64,000 nucleotides of DNA from Planctomycetota bacterium (GTDB lineage: Bacteria; Planctomycetota; UBA1135; UBA2386): contig JBGCDH010000024.1 of NCBI GenBank assembly GCA_045105235.1, positions 48,270-112,269 on the forward strand, read 5' to 3'. Shown piece by piece: positions 17,670 through 26,446 of this stretch (positions are counted from its first letter, which is position 1; each line of letters opens with the position of its first letter). The notes beneath the pieces were generated by a model that saw only the letters and a program-made list of their open reading frames with translations, was not told where the DNA came from and did no database searches. A program made the translations under genes and the position numbers.

Positions 17670-17940
17670 TGCACGAGGCGTGGCCTGACCACCCACTACA
17701 TCCTGCTCTTGATCCAACACGCTTACCGAGGCGTAAAACTCGCAAGAGTCACAACGAGGGCGGAGGCGAGCTTCATGACCAAGGTCGCACGCAACCTGTC
17801 CGAGCACGTCGACGGGCTCCTGCACGGATCGCGATACCTCGCCCTCGACAACAACTCATCCTGCGCCTAGTCGAAGAGGCATGAGCCGGCGCGCGCTCGA
17901 GAGGCGCTACCGGCCCGAGTGTCGCCTGCGATCGGGATCG
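17670..17940 (+). pseudogene. Decayed fragment of an rve (integrase-core) type transposase
   Basis: RGLTTHYILLLIQHAYRGVKLARVTTRAEASFMTKVARNLSEHVDGLLHGSRYLALDNNS resembles the recalled consensus RGLVTYYVLFV..RRV.IAGITPHP.EAFM.QVARNLTD..DGFL.GKR.LI.DRDSKF. A stop follows. In another frame, ALERRYRPECRL resembles AERFV.SIK.ECL. No intact ORF or terminal repeats found. Confidence 0.55.
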
Positions 17941-18010
17941 CTGAGGGGAAGTCGCGCGGCAAGGTGAAGCAGACGCGGGACGGGTGCCAAAGCGAGGGCC
18001 GCCCCCCGCG

Positions 18011-19303
18011 CTACTCGTTCTCGTGGTGGCGCTCGCCGTCGTGGATCAGCCCTTCGCTGCTCGCCACGACGGTCGCGACCGTCGCATCGCCGGTCACGTT
18101 GAGCACGGTCCGACACATGTCGAGCGGACGGTCGACGGCCAGGATCAGACCGATGCCGGCCTCGGGCACGTTGACGGCCTTGAGCACGATCACCAGCATC
18201 ACGATGCCGACGCCCGGCACGGCCGCCGTGCCAATCGACGCCAGGGCCGCCGTCAGCACGATGGTCAGCTGCTGGCCAAAGTCGAGGCTGATGCCCGAGG
18301 CATTGGCGATGAAGATCGCCGCGACCCCCTGGTAGAGGCCGGTGCCGTCCATGTTGATCGTGGCGCCGAGCGGCAGCACGAACGACGTCACCTCTTCGTC
18401 GACGCCGATCTTCTCGACGCTGCGGATCGTGACCGGCAGCGTGGCCGCGCTAGAGCTCGAGCTGAATGCGAGCAGCTGAGCTGGCACCATGGCCTTGGCA
18501 AAGACCCGCCACGGGACCTTGGTCATCAGCTTGAGCATCACCGTATAGACGACCAGGTAGTGCACGAACAGCGCCAGCACGACGGTGCCCATGTAGCCGC
18601 CAAGGCTCGTCATCAGCTCCGATAGCTGCTCGGGGTCCTTGCCCAGCTCCGCGACGACGGCCGCCATCATCGCAAAGACGCCGATCGGCGCGATCTTCAT
18701 GATCAGCTGGACCATCTCGATGACGGCGTCGCTGAGCAGCTGGAAGACCTTGACGACGTGGTCGACGCCCGGCTCGCGCCGGCCGAGGCGCGTCAGCGCG
18801 ATGCCAAGCATCAGCGCAAAGAACACCACCTGCAGCATCTTGGCGCCCGACAGCGCCGCAAACGGGTTGGTCGGCACAATCGCGACGAGCTGGTCGATGA
18901 CGCTCACATCGGCGGTGGCCAGCTTGTCCGAAGTCTGCGCGGCGGTGGCGTTTTGCAGGCTCGCAATGGTGGCCTCGGAGAGCCCTTCGCCGGGGCCAAA
19001 CAGGTTGACCATGACGAGCCCAATGGCGATCGCGATCGCCGTAGTCGCCAGGTAGAGCACGATCGACTTGCCGCCGATCCGCCCCAGCTTGCTGGTGTCG
19101 TTGAGGCTGGCGACGCCCGCAATCAGCGAGAACAGCACCAGCGGCACCGCAATCATCTTGAGCAGGTTCAAGAACAGCGTCCCGAACGGCTTGATGTAGG
19201 CGACAACGTGCTCGGCTGAGCCATTGACGGCCGCCAGATAGCCGTAGGCAACGCCGACCACGAGGCCGATCAGGATCCACCAGTGCATCGCAAGCTTGCG
19301 CAT
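18011..19303 (-). CDS. Dicarboxylate/amino acid:cation symporter (DAACS / GltP-DctA family)
   Basis: 430 aa polytopic protein. Blocks SSSSAATLP, INMDGT and TAAVPGVG(I/L)VML typical of the sodium:dicarboxylate symporter family. Confidence 0.95.
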   Translation of the reverse strand: MRKLAMHWWILIGLVVGVAYGYLAAVNGSAEHVVAYIKPFGTLFLNLLKMIAVPLVLFSLIAGVASLNDTSKLGRIGGKSIVLYLATTAIAIAIGLVMVNLFGPGEGLSEATIASLQNATAAQTSDKLATADVSVIDQLVAIVPTNPFAALSGAKMLQVVFFALMLGIALTRLGRREPGVDHVVKVFQLLSDAVIEMVQLIMKIAPIGVFAMMAAVVAELGKDPEQLSELMTSLGGYMGTVVLALFVHYLVVYTVMLKLMTKVPWRVFAKAMVPAQLLAFSSSSSAATLPVTIRSVEKIGVDEEVTSFVLPLGATINMDGTGLYQGVAAIFIANASGISLDFGQQLTIVLTAALASIGTAAVPGVGIVMLVIVLKAVNVPEAGIGLILAVDRPLDMCRTVLNVTGDATVATVVASSEGLIHDGERHHENE

Positions 19304-19378
19304 GCGCAGACCGTAGCAACTGGCACCGCCGGTGTCGTGCGCAGACAGAGACGGTGCAGCTTGGGGGCAAACGCCGCG

Positions 19379-20683
19379 CTACTGCCAGCGCGGTGGCGCG
19401 ACGCGCGGCGCCAGCACGGCGCGCACCCCATACTTTGCAGCTGGATCGTCCACATTCGCGGAGACCAGCGCCCACACGGGGCTCAGCAGGCGCTCATCGC
19501 GCGCTGCAGAGATCCGCCGGAAGGCACCCGCAAGCTCGCTCTGTGCCACCACCCGCTCGGCCTCCATCGGCTGACCGCCGTCGTAGGTCCGGCGGTAGAG
19601 CACGCGGTGCTCTTCGGTCACCTTGCTGTAGAGGACCACGACCTGGCGCCCGGGGCCGCGCACGAGGGCGAAGTGCTCGTGCGACAGATTGCCGCTCTGC
19701 AGTCGCTTGTCCGTGACCACCACGCTCGTCTGCCAGCTGTCCTCGCCTGGCTCCGCGTAGGCAATGCGCAGCCGACCGTCAAAATCGCCGCGCTCGCGGG
19801 CGCTCGGATAGACCAGCGTGCGGCCACCAAAGGCGTCGACCAGCAGGCTGCTGGCGTTGGCAACGGCCCGGCCGTCGGTCGTGCGGCTGACAACCACATC
19901 GTCTTTTTGATCAAACGCGCGCGCGGCTACGGCAAAGCTGCGGTAGCCGATCACCGAACCGTGCGGCGACGTGCGATACGCGGCGAACGCGCGCCCGTCG
20001 TGGAGCTGCAGGCTTGGCCAGACGCCATAGGTATTGGTGTTGAGAGGATACGGCTTGCTCCACTTGCCCAGGCCGCGCTCGCGCAGCATCAGCCCCGAAC
20101 TCCAGCCACTCGGCCACGGCGGCCGCTGGGGCCGGCGATGTGTCGTCACCAGCACGGCAACCTGGCCGGCGGCGTCTATGGCCAGGTCCGCAACGCCGAA
20201 CTGGTCTTGCTTGCCCACGCCGACCTGGAGCGCCTCTGGCTCCCCCAAAAACGCCTGCTGCTCGGTGTCGTAGCGCTGATAGAGCGCACACGACCACTTG
20301 TCGCCTTCGCGGCGCCCGGCCCACGCGAGGTGGAGAACGTTGCTACGGGGCTCGCCGGCGACCGCACCATAGGCCGCCCACGCGCCGGGGAGCGTGGCGC
20401 CGCTTTGCCACGTGCGGCCATGGTCCGACGACCAGGCCAGGCGAAGCTCGCGCCGCGCCGCCGCCGAGCGATCGACGGCCTGCACCAGAGACCACAAGCG
20501 ACCTGTGCTGTCGCTGGTGAGCCCGTTCGAAAACGACCGCATGGCCGATACGTGCAGATCTTGGTCGGGCAGAGCCACAGCCGGCAGGTCTTCGATGCTC
20601 GGCGGTCGCTGCGGCGAACGCTGGGCAGCGATCGCGCCACCAAAGAAACAGGCGAAGACAGCAGCGGCAATGGAGAACTTCAT
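19379..20683 (-). CDS. Secreted BNR/Asp-box repeat protein (sialidase-like beta-propeller)
   Basis: Internal ATG at 20683 gives the signal peptide MKFSIAAAVFACFFGGAIAAQ. Asp-box WSSDHGRTWQ. The upstream part of ORF 19379..21214 has no coding support. Confidence 0.75.
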   Translation of the reverse strand: MKFSIAAAVFACFFGGAIAAQRSPQRPPSIEDLPAVALPDQDLHVSAMRSFSNGLTSDSTGRLWSLVQAVDRSAAARRELRLAWSSDHGRTWQSGATLPGAWAAYGAVAGEPRSNVLHLAWAGRREGDKWSCALYQRYDTEQQAFLGEPEALQVGVGKQDQFGVADLAIDAAGQVAVLVTTHRRPQRPPWPSGWSSGLMLRERGLGKWSKPYPLNTNTYGVWPSLQLHDGRAFAAYRTSPHGSVIGYRSFAVAARAFDQKDDVVVSRTTDGRAVANASSLLVDAFGGRTLVYPSARERGDFDGRLRIAYAEPGEDSWQTSVVVTDKRLQSGNLSHEHFALVRGPGRQVVVLYSKVTEEHRVLYRRTYDGGQPMEAERVVAQSELAGAFRRISAARDERLLSPVWALVSANVDDPAAKYGVRAVLAPRVAPPRWQ

Positions 20684-20881
20684 GGGCAGCTCGTGGGTCA
20701 ACGGGCGACGGACACCAGCGTAGCCGCTGCCGTAAGGCGCGTTCTGCAAGGAGGGTGTGCCCACTTCAGATCGCCCCGTTTCGCCCGGGAGCCGCACCGC
20801 GAAGAGATTTCGAGAGACGGCAAACTTCTGCGGCCGCCGGAGACGAGGGACCTTGTCTAGCTTCCCTGACCTGCTTCGCAA

Positions 20882-22648
20882 ATGAACCGACACGCGCTGC
20901 TGTGCCCCCTCGCTGGGGCGATTCTGGCTATTTCTCCCGCGGCCCAAATACCATTGCCCGACGTCCAAAAGGCGGTGCGATTCGACACCGGGGACCTTTT
21001 GCAAGGCTCCGTCGGCACGACCTCGAACGGCGAGATTGTCGCGTACAGCAACCCAGCAATGGGCTACGGACACGAGACCCTGAGCGGCAACGGCTACGTC
21101 GACATCGCACGGCTTGATGCGTTCGTCTTGGGCGAAACCGAAGACGTCGTCGCGCTGAACGGCGCCGGCGCCACCACGCTCCACTGGGACCGCAACACCG
21201 GCGCCTGGAGCCAATCGGCGTGGGGCGAAACGAGCCTAGTCGGGTCGCAGGCCGTCCGCTCGCGCAAGCTGCCGGGCCTCTCTCTCAACGTCGTCTGCCT
21301 GCTCGATGCCGACGACACCACTGCGCATGTCTACCGCTACGGCACCGGTCACTTCCACTTGACGGACGTCGTATTCGGCCAGAACGTCTTGGACATCGAA
21401 ATTGGATTCGACACAAACAACGCCGTGCTCCTCGTTGCACGGCACGCCAGCGGACTCGAGGCACGCCACCTCAACGGCAACCTGGCCTGGACCGCCAGCG
21501 GCATCGGCGGCGAACTGGTTCGCACCGAGTCGGGCGGCGGCGACATCGGCTGGATCCGGCGCGACACGAGCGGCGGCGGCTGGAAATACGCTTCCATCAC
21601 GGCAACCGGAGAAACGGTCACGGACCTGAGCACGGCCATTCCCATGGCTCAAAACGTGCTCGCGGCACACCTCGCGCACTGCGACCTCGACACGGATCTC
21701 GACCTCGTCACCAAGACAGCGCAACAGGTCGTCGTCGTCTACGGCGATTCGGCGACGACGCTCGACGCATCCACGGCGAACATCGCGCACACCTACACAG
21801 CGGCCGACATGGTCGAGACGGACATCTCGATCGACAACGGCGGCCAGACGATCTCCATCGTCGGCAGTGCTACGGCCGCCAGCCCGACCTGGCCGGTCGC
21901 AGCCGAGCACGCGCAGCAGGCTCGACCTGTTAGCGGTTCGTCTCTTGAAATGACCGACTGCGGTTTGGCCGGCGCAACCAACGGCACAAAACTAACCATG
22001 CGCGTCTGGCTTAGCTGGGAAGAGCTGCAGCGCTTCTCCAACAGCTCGAACACGGCCACGATCGAAGTGCTGGTGCGCAGTGCTCCGCACTACGCCTCGA
22101 CCGTCGGCGACCCGATCGGCAACACGCGGCACTACGAACTGCAGCAACCGATCGGGACACCGGCCCAGATTGCCTACGACCTGCCGCTGGTTGTCGGTGA
22201 AGCGCTGCTCTCACCTGGCTCCATCAGCCCGTACTACTGGGAAAATGACACGCACAACTTCGTCACGATGCGGCTACTCCGCAAGAACAACTCGACTGGC
22301 CTGATAAGCCGAACGGGCCTCCCCGTCACGTACGGGGTCTCATGCGCCGAAGACCAGCAGGAGATTCCGTCGCCCGCAGATCCTTACGCCGGATTCGACG
22401 ACTTGGTCGCTGCAGCCACAGGCAGCGGGATCATTCGGTGGCACGGCCCAGACGGGCTGCCACCCCTCAGTGGCGGCGGCAGCGGCGGGGATCCCGGCGA
22501 CGGCGGCTGCGCCCGCACGGCCCTCTACGTCGGCGGCGTCGTCGGCGTCACGACGGAAATCGACCCACCGCGCACGAACGGTACCCAGGGCGCAGGCGAC
22601 ACGTCCCAGGTCATCGTCGTCCCGCCGTCCGGTTCGACTGGCGGCTAG
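20882..22648 (+). CDS. Large secreted protein, unknown function
   Basis: Signal-like N-terminus MNRHALLCPLAGAILAISPAAQ. 588 aa with a Gly-rich C-terminal tail. The stop codon sits in a CTAGTG direct duplication abutting MITE copy A. Confidence 0.7.
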   Translation: MNRHALLCPLAGAILAISPAAQIPLPDVQKAVRFDTGDLLQGSVGTTSNGEIVAYSNPAMGYGHETLSGNGYVDIARLDAFVLGETEDVVALNGAGATTLHWDRNTGAWSQSAWGETSLVGSQAVRSRKLPGLSLNVVCLLDADDTTAHVYRYGTGHFHLTDVVFGQNVLDIEIGFDTNNAVLLVARHASGLEARHLNGNLAWTASGIGGELVRTESGGGDIGWIRRDTSGGGWKYASITATGETVTDLSTAIPMAQNVLAAHLAHCDLDTDLDLVTKTAQQVVVVYGDSATTLDASTANIAHTYTAADMVETDISIDNGGQTISIVGSATAASPTWPVAAEHAQQARPVSGSSLEMTDCGLAGATNGTKLTMRVWLSWEELQRFSNSSNTATIEVLVRSAPHYASTVGDPIGNTRHYELQQPIGTPAQIAYDLPLVVGEALLSPGSISPYYWENDTHNFVTMRLLRKNNSTGLISRTGLPVTYGVSCAEDQQEIPSPADPYAGFDDLVAAATGSGIIRWHGPDGLPPLSGGGSGGDPGDGGCARTALYVGGVVGVTTEIDPPRTNGTQGAGDTSQVIVVPPSGSTGG

Positions 22649-22650
22649 TG

Positions 22651-22848
22651 CTAGTGTAGGGCACCTGATATGGGGGCATTCTGCGGGCGCGAAGACGCCC
22701 GTCACGGCGTTGCTGCTTCTCGGCAGGAAGGCTTCTCGACAGGAAGGCTTCTCGGCAGGAACAATAGAACATGCATTCGTCGCAGCACCTGGCGACGAAC
22801 GCCTTCGCTTCCCGGATCATGCCCCGTCTACCAGATGCACGACACTAG
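22651..22848 (+). mobile_element. MITE-like palindromic element, copy A (198 bp)
   Basis: Termini CTAGTGTAGGGCACCTG ... CAGATGCACGACACTAG. The two ~65 bp arms are imperfect inverted repeats. By eye about 85% identical to the reverse complement of copy B. Carries an internal 16-bp tandem duplication (aggaaggcttctcg[ag]c x2). Lies between convergent genes. Confidence 0.85.
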
Positions 22849-25538
22849 CCGCGAACGAACGGCGCCGGCGCTTGCTTGCGGCTGCCGCGACGTAGGACGA
22901 GCATGAGCAAGACAAGCGCGCCCAACGGGGCCGCAAGCCAGAGCCAGCCATACGGACCTCGCCCTGGCACGGGCGTCGACACAAAGCAGCGACCGCCGTC
23001 GCCGTACGCTTCGAGCTGGGCGAGCCGAAAGGCGCGCAGCCGATCGCCGCCGCCGCCAACGCCGTCCGCCACGCGCGCGCGACGAAGGGCTTCGGCCACC
23101 GAGACTCCCTGCTGCAGCTCGCGGAGGAGAACCGGCAACACGTCGCGGTAGACGCCGAGCCGCAGCGGCGCTGGACTCGCAACCACAGCGTGAGCGCCCG
23201 CGTGCAGCCAAGCTCCTACCAGCGTGTCGGCGACCGTATCGTTGCCCATCCGGAGAGGGCCACGCGCACCAAAACAAGCGGCCATCGCAACGATCCCGGA
23301 GTGCTGCAGCGCACGGATGCGCGGCGCGCTGAGCAGGCCGCCAGCGGCAGCGCCAGCGGAATCGGCAGCGGGATCGGCAAGAAGATCTGCGGAGGCAAGA
23401 CCTACGGAAACATCGCGCGCGTCCATCGCCAGACCCAGCGCGGCGTCGCGCATCTGCGTTCTGGCGGCGCCATGCGCCAAGACAACGGTCAGATCGTTCG
23501 GCTCGGCGCAGAATCCTTCGAGCTTGGCAACGGTCGCATCCGCCCCAAACGCCACACGCGTGTCAGCCGGCAGGCATTGACCGAGTTCGCGCCAAAGCGT
23601 CGCGGCGAGCGTGCTGGCGGCGGGTTCGACGGCTACATCGCGTCGAAAAACGGGCCCCGGATCGAGCGTCGCCACGCAAACCGATCGCGGCGCTTTGGCA
23701 AGGTCTGCCGCCGCGGCCCCGCGACCAAGCGCACGGTCCTGCTGCAAGCGCACCAGCAGCGGCAGGGACGAAATCGTCGTCGTAGCAAAGCGCTCCCCCA
23801 TCAGCTTGCCGTCGGCAAGCTCCAGAGCGGCAAACGGCGGCGCTCCCAAGAGCCCGGCCCCGCTCACGTAGACATGCCGCCAGCCAGCCATGCGCGCAAC
23901 AGCAGCATCGGGCAGCAGCTGCCGGCACAAGCCGCGGCTCACGTCGCGCACATCGGCCAACTCCTCTTGACCAACATCCAGTCCGTCCAGCGCTGCAAGC
24001 TCTGCCTGCAGCGCGCGACTGCCCTCACGCAGGCGGCGCATGCCGGTCAAGCGGTGATGTGAGACACCATCTCGATCCACCAAGAACAGATGCGAACTCT
24101 GCCAGACCACCGCGTAGACGAGCACGCCCGTGCCAACGGGAAGGCGACGTTGCAGTGCGGAAACGTCGAGAGGTTGCGCCCCGCGTGCGTCGGCCAACTG
24201 CGTGCATCTCTGCACATCGAGCACGGGCTGCAGCGCAGCCGACGGTCCATCCAGATCGGCAATCGCCGTCACCAGTTCGCCGAGCACGCGCAGCCGGGTG
24301 CCAAAACGAAGATGCCCGACGGCATCCGGCAACTCGGCCAACCGCCGCCAGGAGTCGATTCGTTTTGCAAGCAGGGCGCGCAGCACGCCAACCAAACGCC
24401 GCTGCTCCGCACGATCGCCGCTGAGGTTGGCCAAGTAGGCTGAGAGTACGTCCAGCTTCCAGCCCAGGTCCGGCGCAATGCCTTCGGTTGTCAGCGCCGC
24501 CAGCTCGGTCTTGGCGTCGTCGAGATCGCCCGCTTGCGCCGTTAGATCGACAAGCCATAGGCGAAGCAGACCCGCGCTTCGCGGGTCAATCTGTCCCTTG
24601 GCAAGCAGCGCCTGCAGGCGCGCAGCCGCCGGCCGGCACTGCTTGGCATCGTCGAGAGCCGCCAGGTAGGCGGCATGGCATTCGAAGACTGTGAGCAGCT
24701 GCTCTTCGCGCGCCGACGGCGCCTGGCTCTCTGCAGTGCGTAGGTCTCGATACTGCTGGATGCTGCGCCGCAGGCCTTCGTGGTCACGCTGCACGCCGAG
24801 CAGATCAAAGCTGCGCCGCCACACATCCAGCCGAATCGAACGGTAGTACGGAAGCAAGCGGTCCTCGGCGCCAGACGCAGCGGCAACGAGCGACTGCGCC
24901 GCCGCCTGCGCGCGCTGGAAGCCGCGCGCCGCGCGCCCAAGCCGCCCAAACTGGGTATGCACATAGCTTTCTAGGCTCAAAAACGCCGTGCGCTGCGCTT
25001 CATCCACATCGAGCGCACGCAGCCGTGCGAGCGGCGTGGCAACCAACGCCAGCCGCTCAAGGCTCAGCAACAGATCCACCTCGAGCATCAACCGGTAGAA
25101 GCGCACCGAAGCATCTTTGGCGCACGCAGCATCGGCGCGACGAAGCAGCCGAAGAGCCCCCTCTACCTGCTGGTCTCGGATCAGGCGACGCGCGCCGTCG
25201 TAGCCAAACCGATCCAAAACCCCCGGCGCCTGAACCGCGAGTCGCGCCGCAACCGCATCGAGAAGAACCAGCAGTCGCTTGCCGCGTATGCTGGCATCGG
25301 CGAGCAACTTGTTTGCCGCGCTTTGCAAGAAGCCTCGGTCGGCCCTGCTGTTCGCGGCCGCCGACTCGAATCCCGCGACGGCCCGCTCAGACTGCTCTTC
25401 CGCGAGCCAGGTAAAGGAATTCTCAGGCGCAATCGACTCCTGCGCTGCCATGCCTCCGGCCAGCAGCAAACTCATTGCGACAGCACCGAAACGAAGATCA
25501 GCCCGCAGCAGTCCGCCCCCTTCGCGCCGATCGAGCAA
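22845..25538 (-). CDS. Exported TPR-like repeat + CHAT (caspase-like protease) domain protein with C-terminal TM anchor
   Basis: C-terminal CHAT-like region with His in VVLAHGAA (codon 23472-23474) and Cys in AMAACFGARG (codon 23274-23276). Long helical repeat N-terminal region. C-terminal helix GWLWLAAPLGALVLLMLVL. Start uncertain: TTG 25538 or ATG 25475 give RADLRFGAVAMSLLLAGGMAA-QE as a signal peptide, while the ATG at 25826 would overlap the anti-sigma gene by 130 nt in a frame with poor third-position GC. Confidence 0.85.
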   Translation of the reverse strand: MLDRREGGGLLRADLRFGAVAMSLLLAGGMAAQESIAPENSFTWLAEEQSERAVAGFESAAANSRADRGFLQSAANKLLADASIRGKRLLVLLDAVAARLAVQAPGVLDRFGYDGARRLIRDQQVEGALRLLRRADAACAKDASVRFYRLMLEVDLLLSLERLALVATPLARLRALDVDEAQRTAFLSLESYVHTQFGRLGRAARGFQRAQAAAQSLVAAASGAEDRLLPYYRSIRLDVWRRSFDLLGVQRDHEGLRRSIQQYRDLRTAESQAPSAREEQLLTVFECHAAYLAALDDAKQCRPAAARLQALLAKGQIDPRSAGLLRLWLVDLTAQAGDLDDAKTELAALTTEGIAPDLGWKLDVLSAYLANLSGDRAEQRRLVGVLRALLAKRIDSWRRLAELPDAVGHLRFGTRLRVLGELVTAIADLDGPSAALQPVLDVQRCTQLADARGAQPLDVSALQRRLPVGTGVLVYAVVWQSSHLFLVDRDGVSHHRLTGMRRLREGSRALQAELAALDGLDVGQEELADVRDVSRGLCRQLLPDAAVARMAGWRHVYVSGAGLLGAPPFAALELADGKLMGERFATTTISSLPLLVRLQQDRALGRGAAAADLAKAPRSVCVATLDPGPVFRRDVAVEPAASTLAATLWRELGQCLPADTRVAFGADATVAKLEGFCAEPNDLTVVLAHGAARTQMRDAALGLAMDARDVSVGLASADLLADPAADSAGAAAGGLLSAPRIRALQHSGIVAMAACFGARGPLRMGNDTVADTLVGAWLHAGAHAVVASPAPLRLGVYRDVLPVLLRELQQGVSVAEALRRARVADGVGGGGDRLRAFRLAQLEAYGDGGRCFVSTPVPGRGPYGWLWLAAPLGALVLLMLVLRRGSRKQAPAPFVRG

Positions 25539-25644
25539 GACCGAGCGCCTAGCCGCCGCCGTCGCCGGACCCCACGCCGCTGAATCCAGCGTGGAAGCAC
25601 GCGGCGCTGCAGAATCTGGCGTCCCAAATTCTGGCGCGACAAGA

Positions 25645-25712
25645 GCCGGCGCTACGTAGTCCGGCGCTACATAGTCCGGAGCTACGGAGTCCGGAGCTAC
25701 GGAGTCCGGCTC
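25645..25712. repeat. about 4.5 x 15-bp tandem repeat at the anti-sigma/CHAT gene junction
   Basis: gccggcgctacgta / gtccggcgctacata / gtccggagctacgga / gtccggagctacgga / gtccggc. The anti-sigma stop (25697-25699) lies inside one unit. In the CHAT-ORF frame the units read DSVAP/DYVAP. Confidence 0.9.
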
Positions 25713-26446
25713 GAGCTTGCCCAGCCCGACGTCTGTAGAACAACGCCATCGTCGCCAACCGCACGCACGCGCCAGCGGAACGCCGCCACCGGCAGCTGTT
25801 GGAGTTGTGCGTTGTTGGGAAGCCATCGCGTCTGCGTGAACCTATCCGGAAGCGTCCGCTTTGGGCCTTCTGACTCCGGCCGTAGGTCGATGCGGTAGAC
25901 GACGGTTTCCGGCACTGGCTTCCATACGAATCCTGCCGCAGGATCAAAAGCGACCCCGTTCGGCTCCAGCTCCATTGCATCCACGGTGCCGAGCCGCGGG
26001 CCGTCGCGCTCCGCATCGGAATCGACAGCCCCGCCTGCGCGCAGCACCAAAACGATCATCAGCGAAGCCGCAGCAGCCGCCATCGCCGCGAAAACGGCCC
26101 ATCGACGCCGGCTCGGCAGCAACTTGCTCGCCGCACGATCGGTAGGCACCAGATCATCCGCCGCCATACCGCGCAAACGCCGATGCGCACAATCGCGCGC
26201 AACAAGGCCTTCCATGTCGAGCTTTGGACCATCTCCATCCATGCCGGCCGACGCACTGCGCAAGTCATCGCCGACATCTTCGAGCTCCTCCATCTGCGCG
26301 GCAAACTCGCGCATACGACGCCACTCTTCGCGCGCCCCAGGATTGCTATCGAAGAGCCTCCGCACATCGGGGTCGTCCACGGTACGCTCACCAACCATCA
26401 ACGCTGCCAGCAGCTGCTCCCGTTCGCCTCCTGGAAGGTCGTTCAT
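25697..26446 (-). CDS. Single-pass anti-sigma-factor-like protein
   Basis: Start overlaps the sigma stop (ATGA). ~115 aa acidic cytoplasmic N-domain, TM helix WAVFAAMAAAAASLMIVLVL, ~105 aa extracytoplasmic C-domain. No HxxxCxxC zinc motif. Confidence 0.7.
   Translation of the reverse strand: MNDLPGGEREQLLAALMVGERTVDDPDVRRLFDSNPGAREEWRRMREFAAQMEELEDVGDDLRSASAGMDGDGPKLDMEGLVARDCAHRRLRGMAADDLVPTDRAASKLLPSRRRWAVFAAMAAAAASLMIVLVLRAGGAVDSDAERDGPRLGTVDAMELEPNGVAFDPAAGFVWKPVPETVVYRIDLRPESEGPKRTLPDRFTQTRWLPNNAQLQQLPVAAFRWRVRAVGDDGVVLQTSGWASSSRTP

Noticed and set aside
19283-20860. 525-aa plus-strand ORF overlapping the BNR protein gene.
   Set aside because: It is antisense to a gene with a signal peptide and an Asp-box motif. 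The translation is Arg/Ala-rich with no motif, so it is judged a GC artefact.
25645-25712. Possible CRISPR array (also considered for the other tandem repeats at 8908, 14777, 33556, 34424 and 53174).
   Set aside because: The units are only 6-18 bp and directly abut each other with no spacers. No cas genes are present. These are micro/minisatellites, not CRISPR.
25539-25826. N-terminal 96-117 codons of the maximal CHAT ORF (ATG at 25826).
   Set aside because: This start would overlap the anti-sigma gene by 130 nt. In the overlap the CHAT frame has poor third-position GC while the anti-sigma frame is coding-like. A signal-peptide-like segment only appears after 25538. It is kept as an alternative start, not called.
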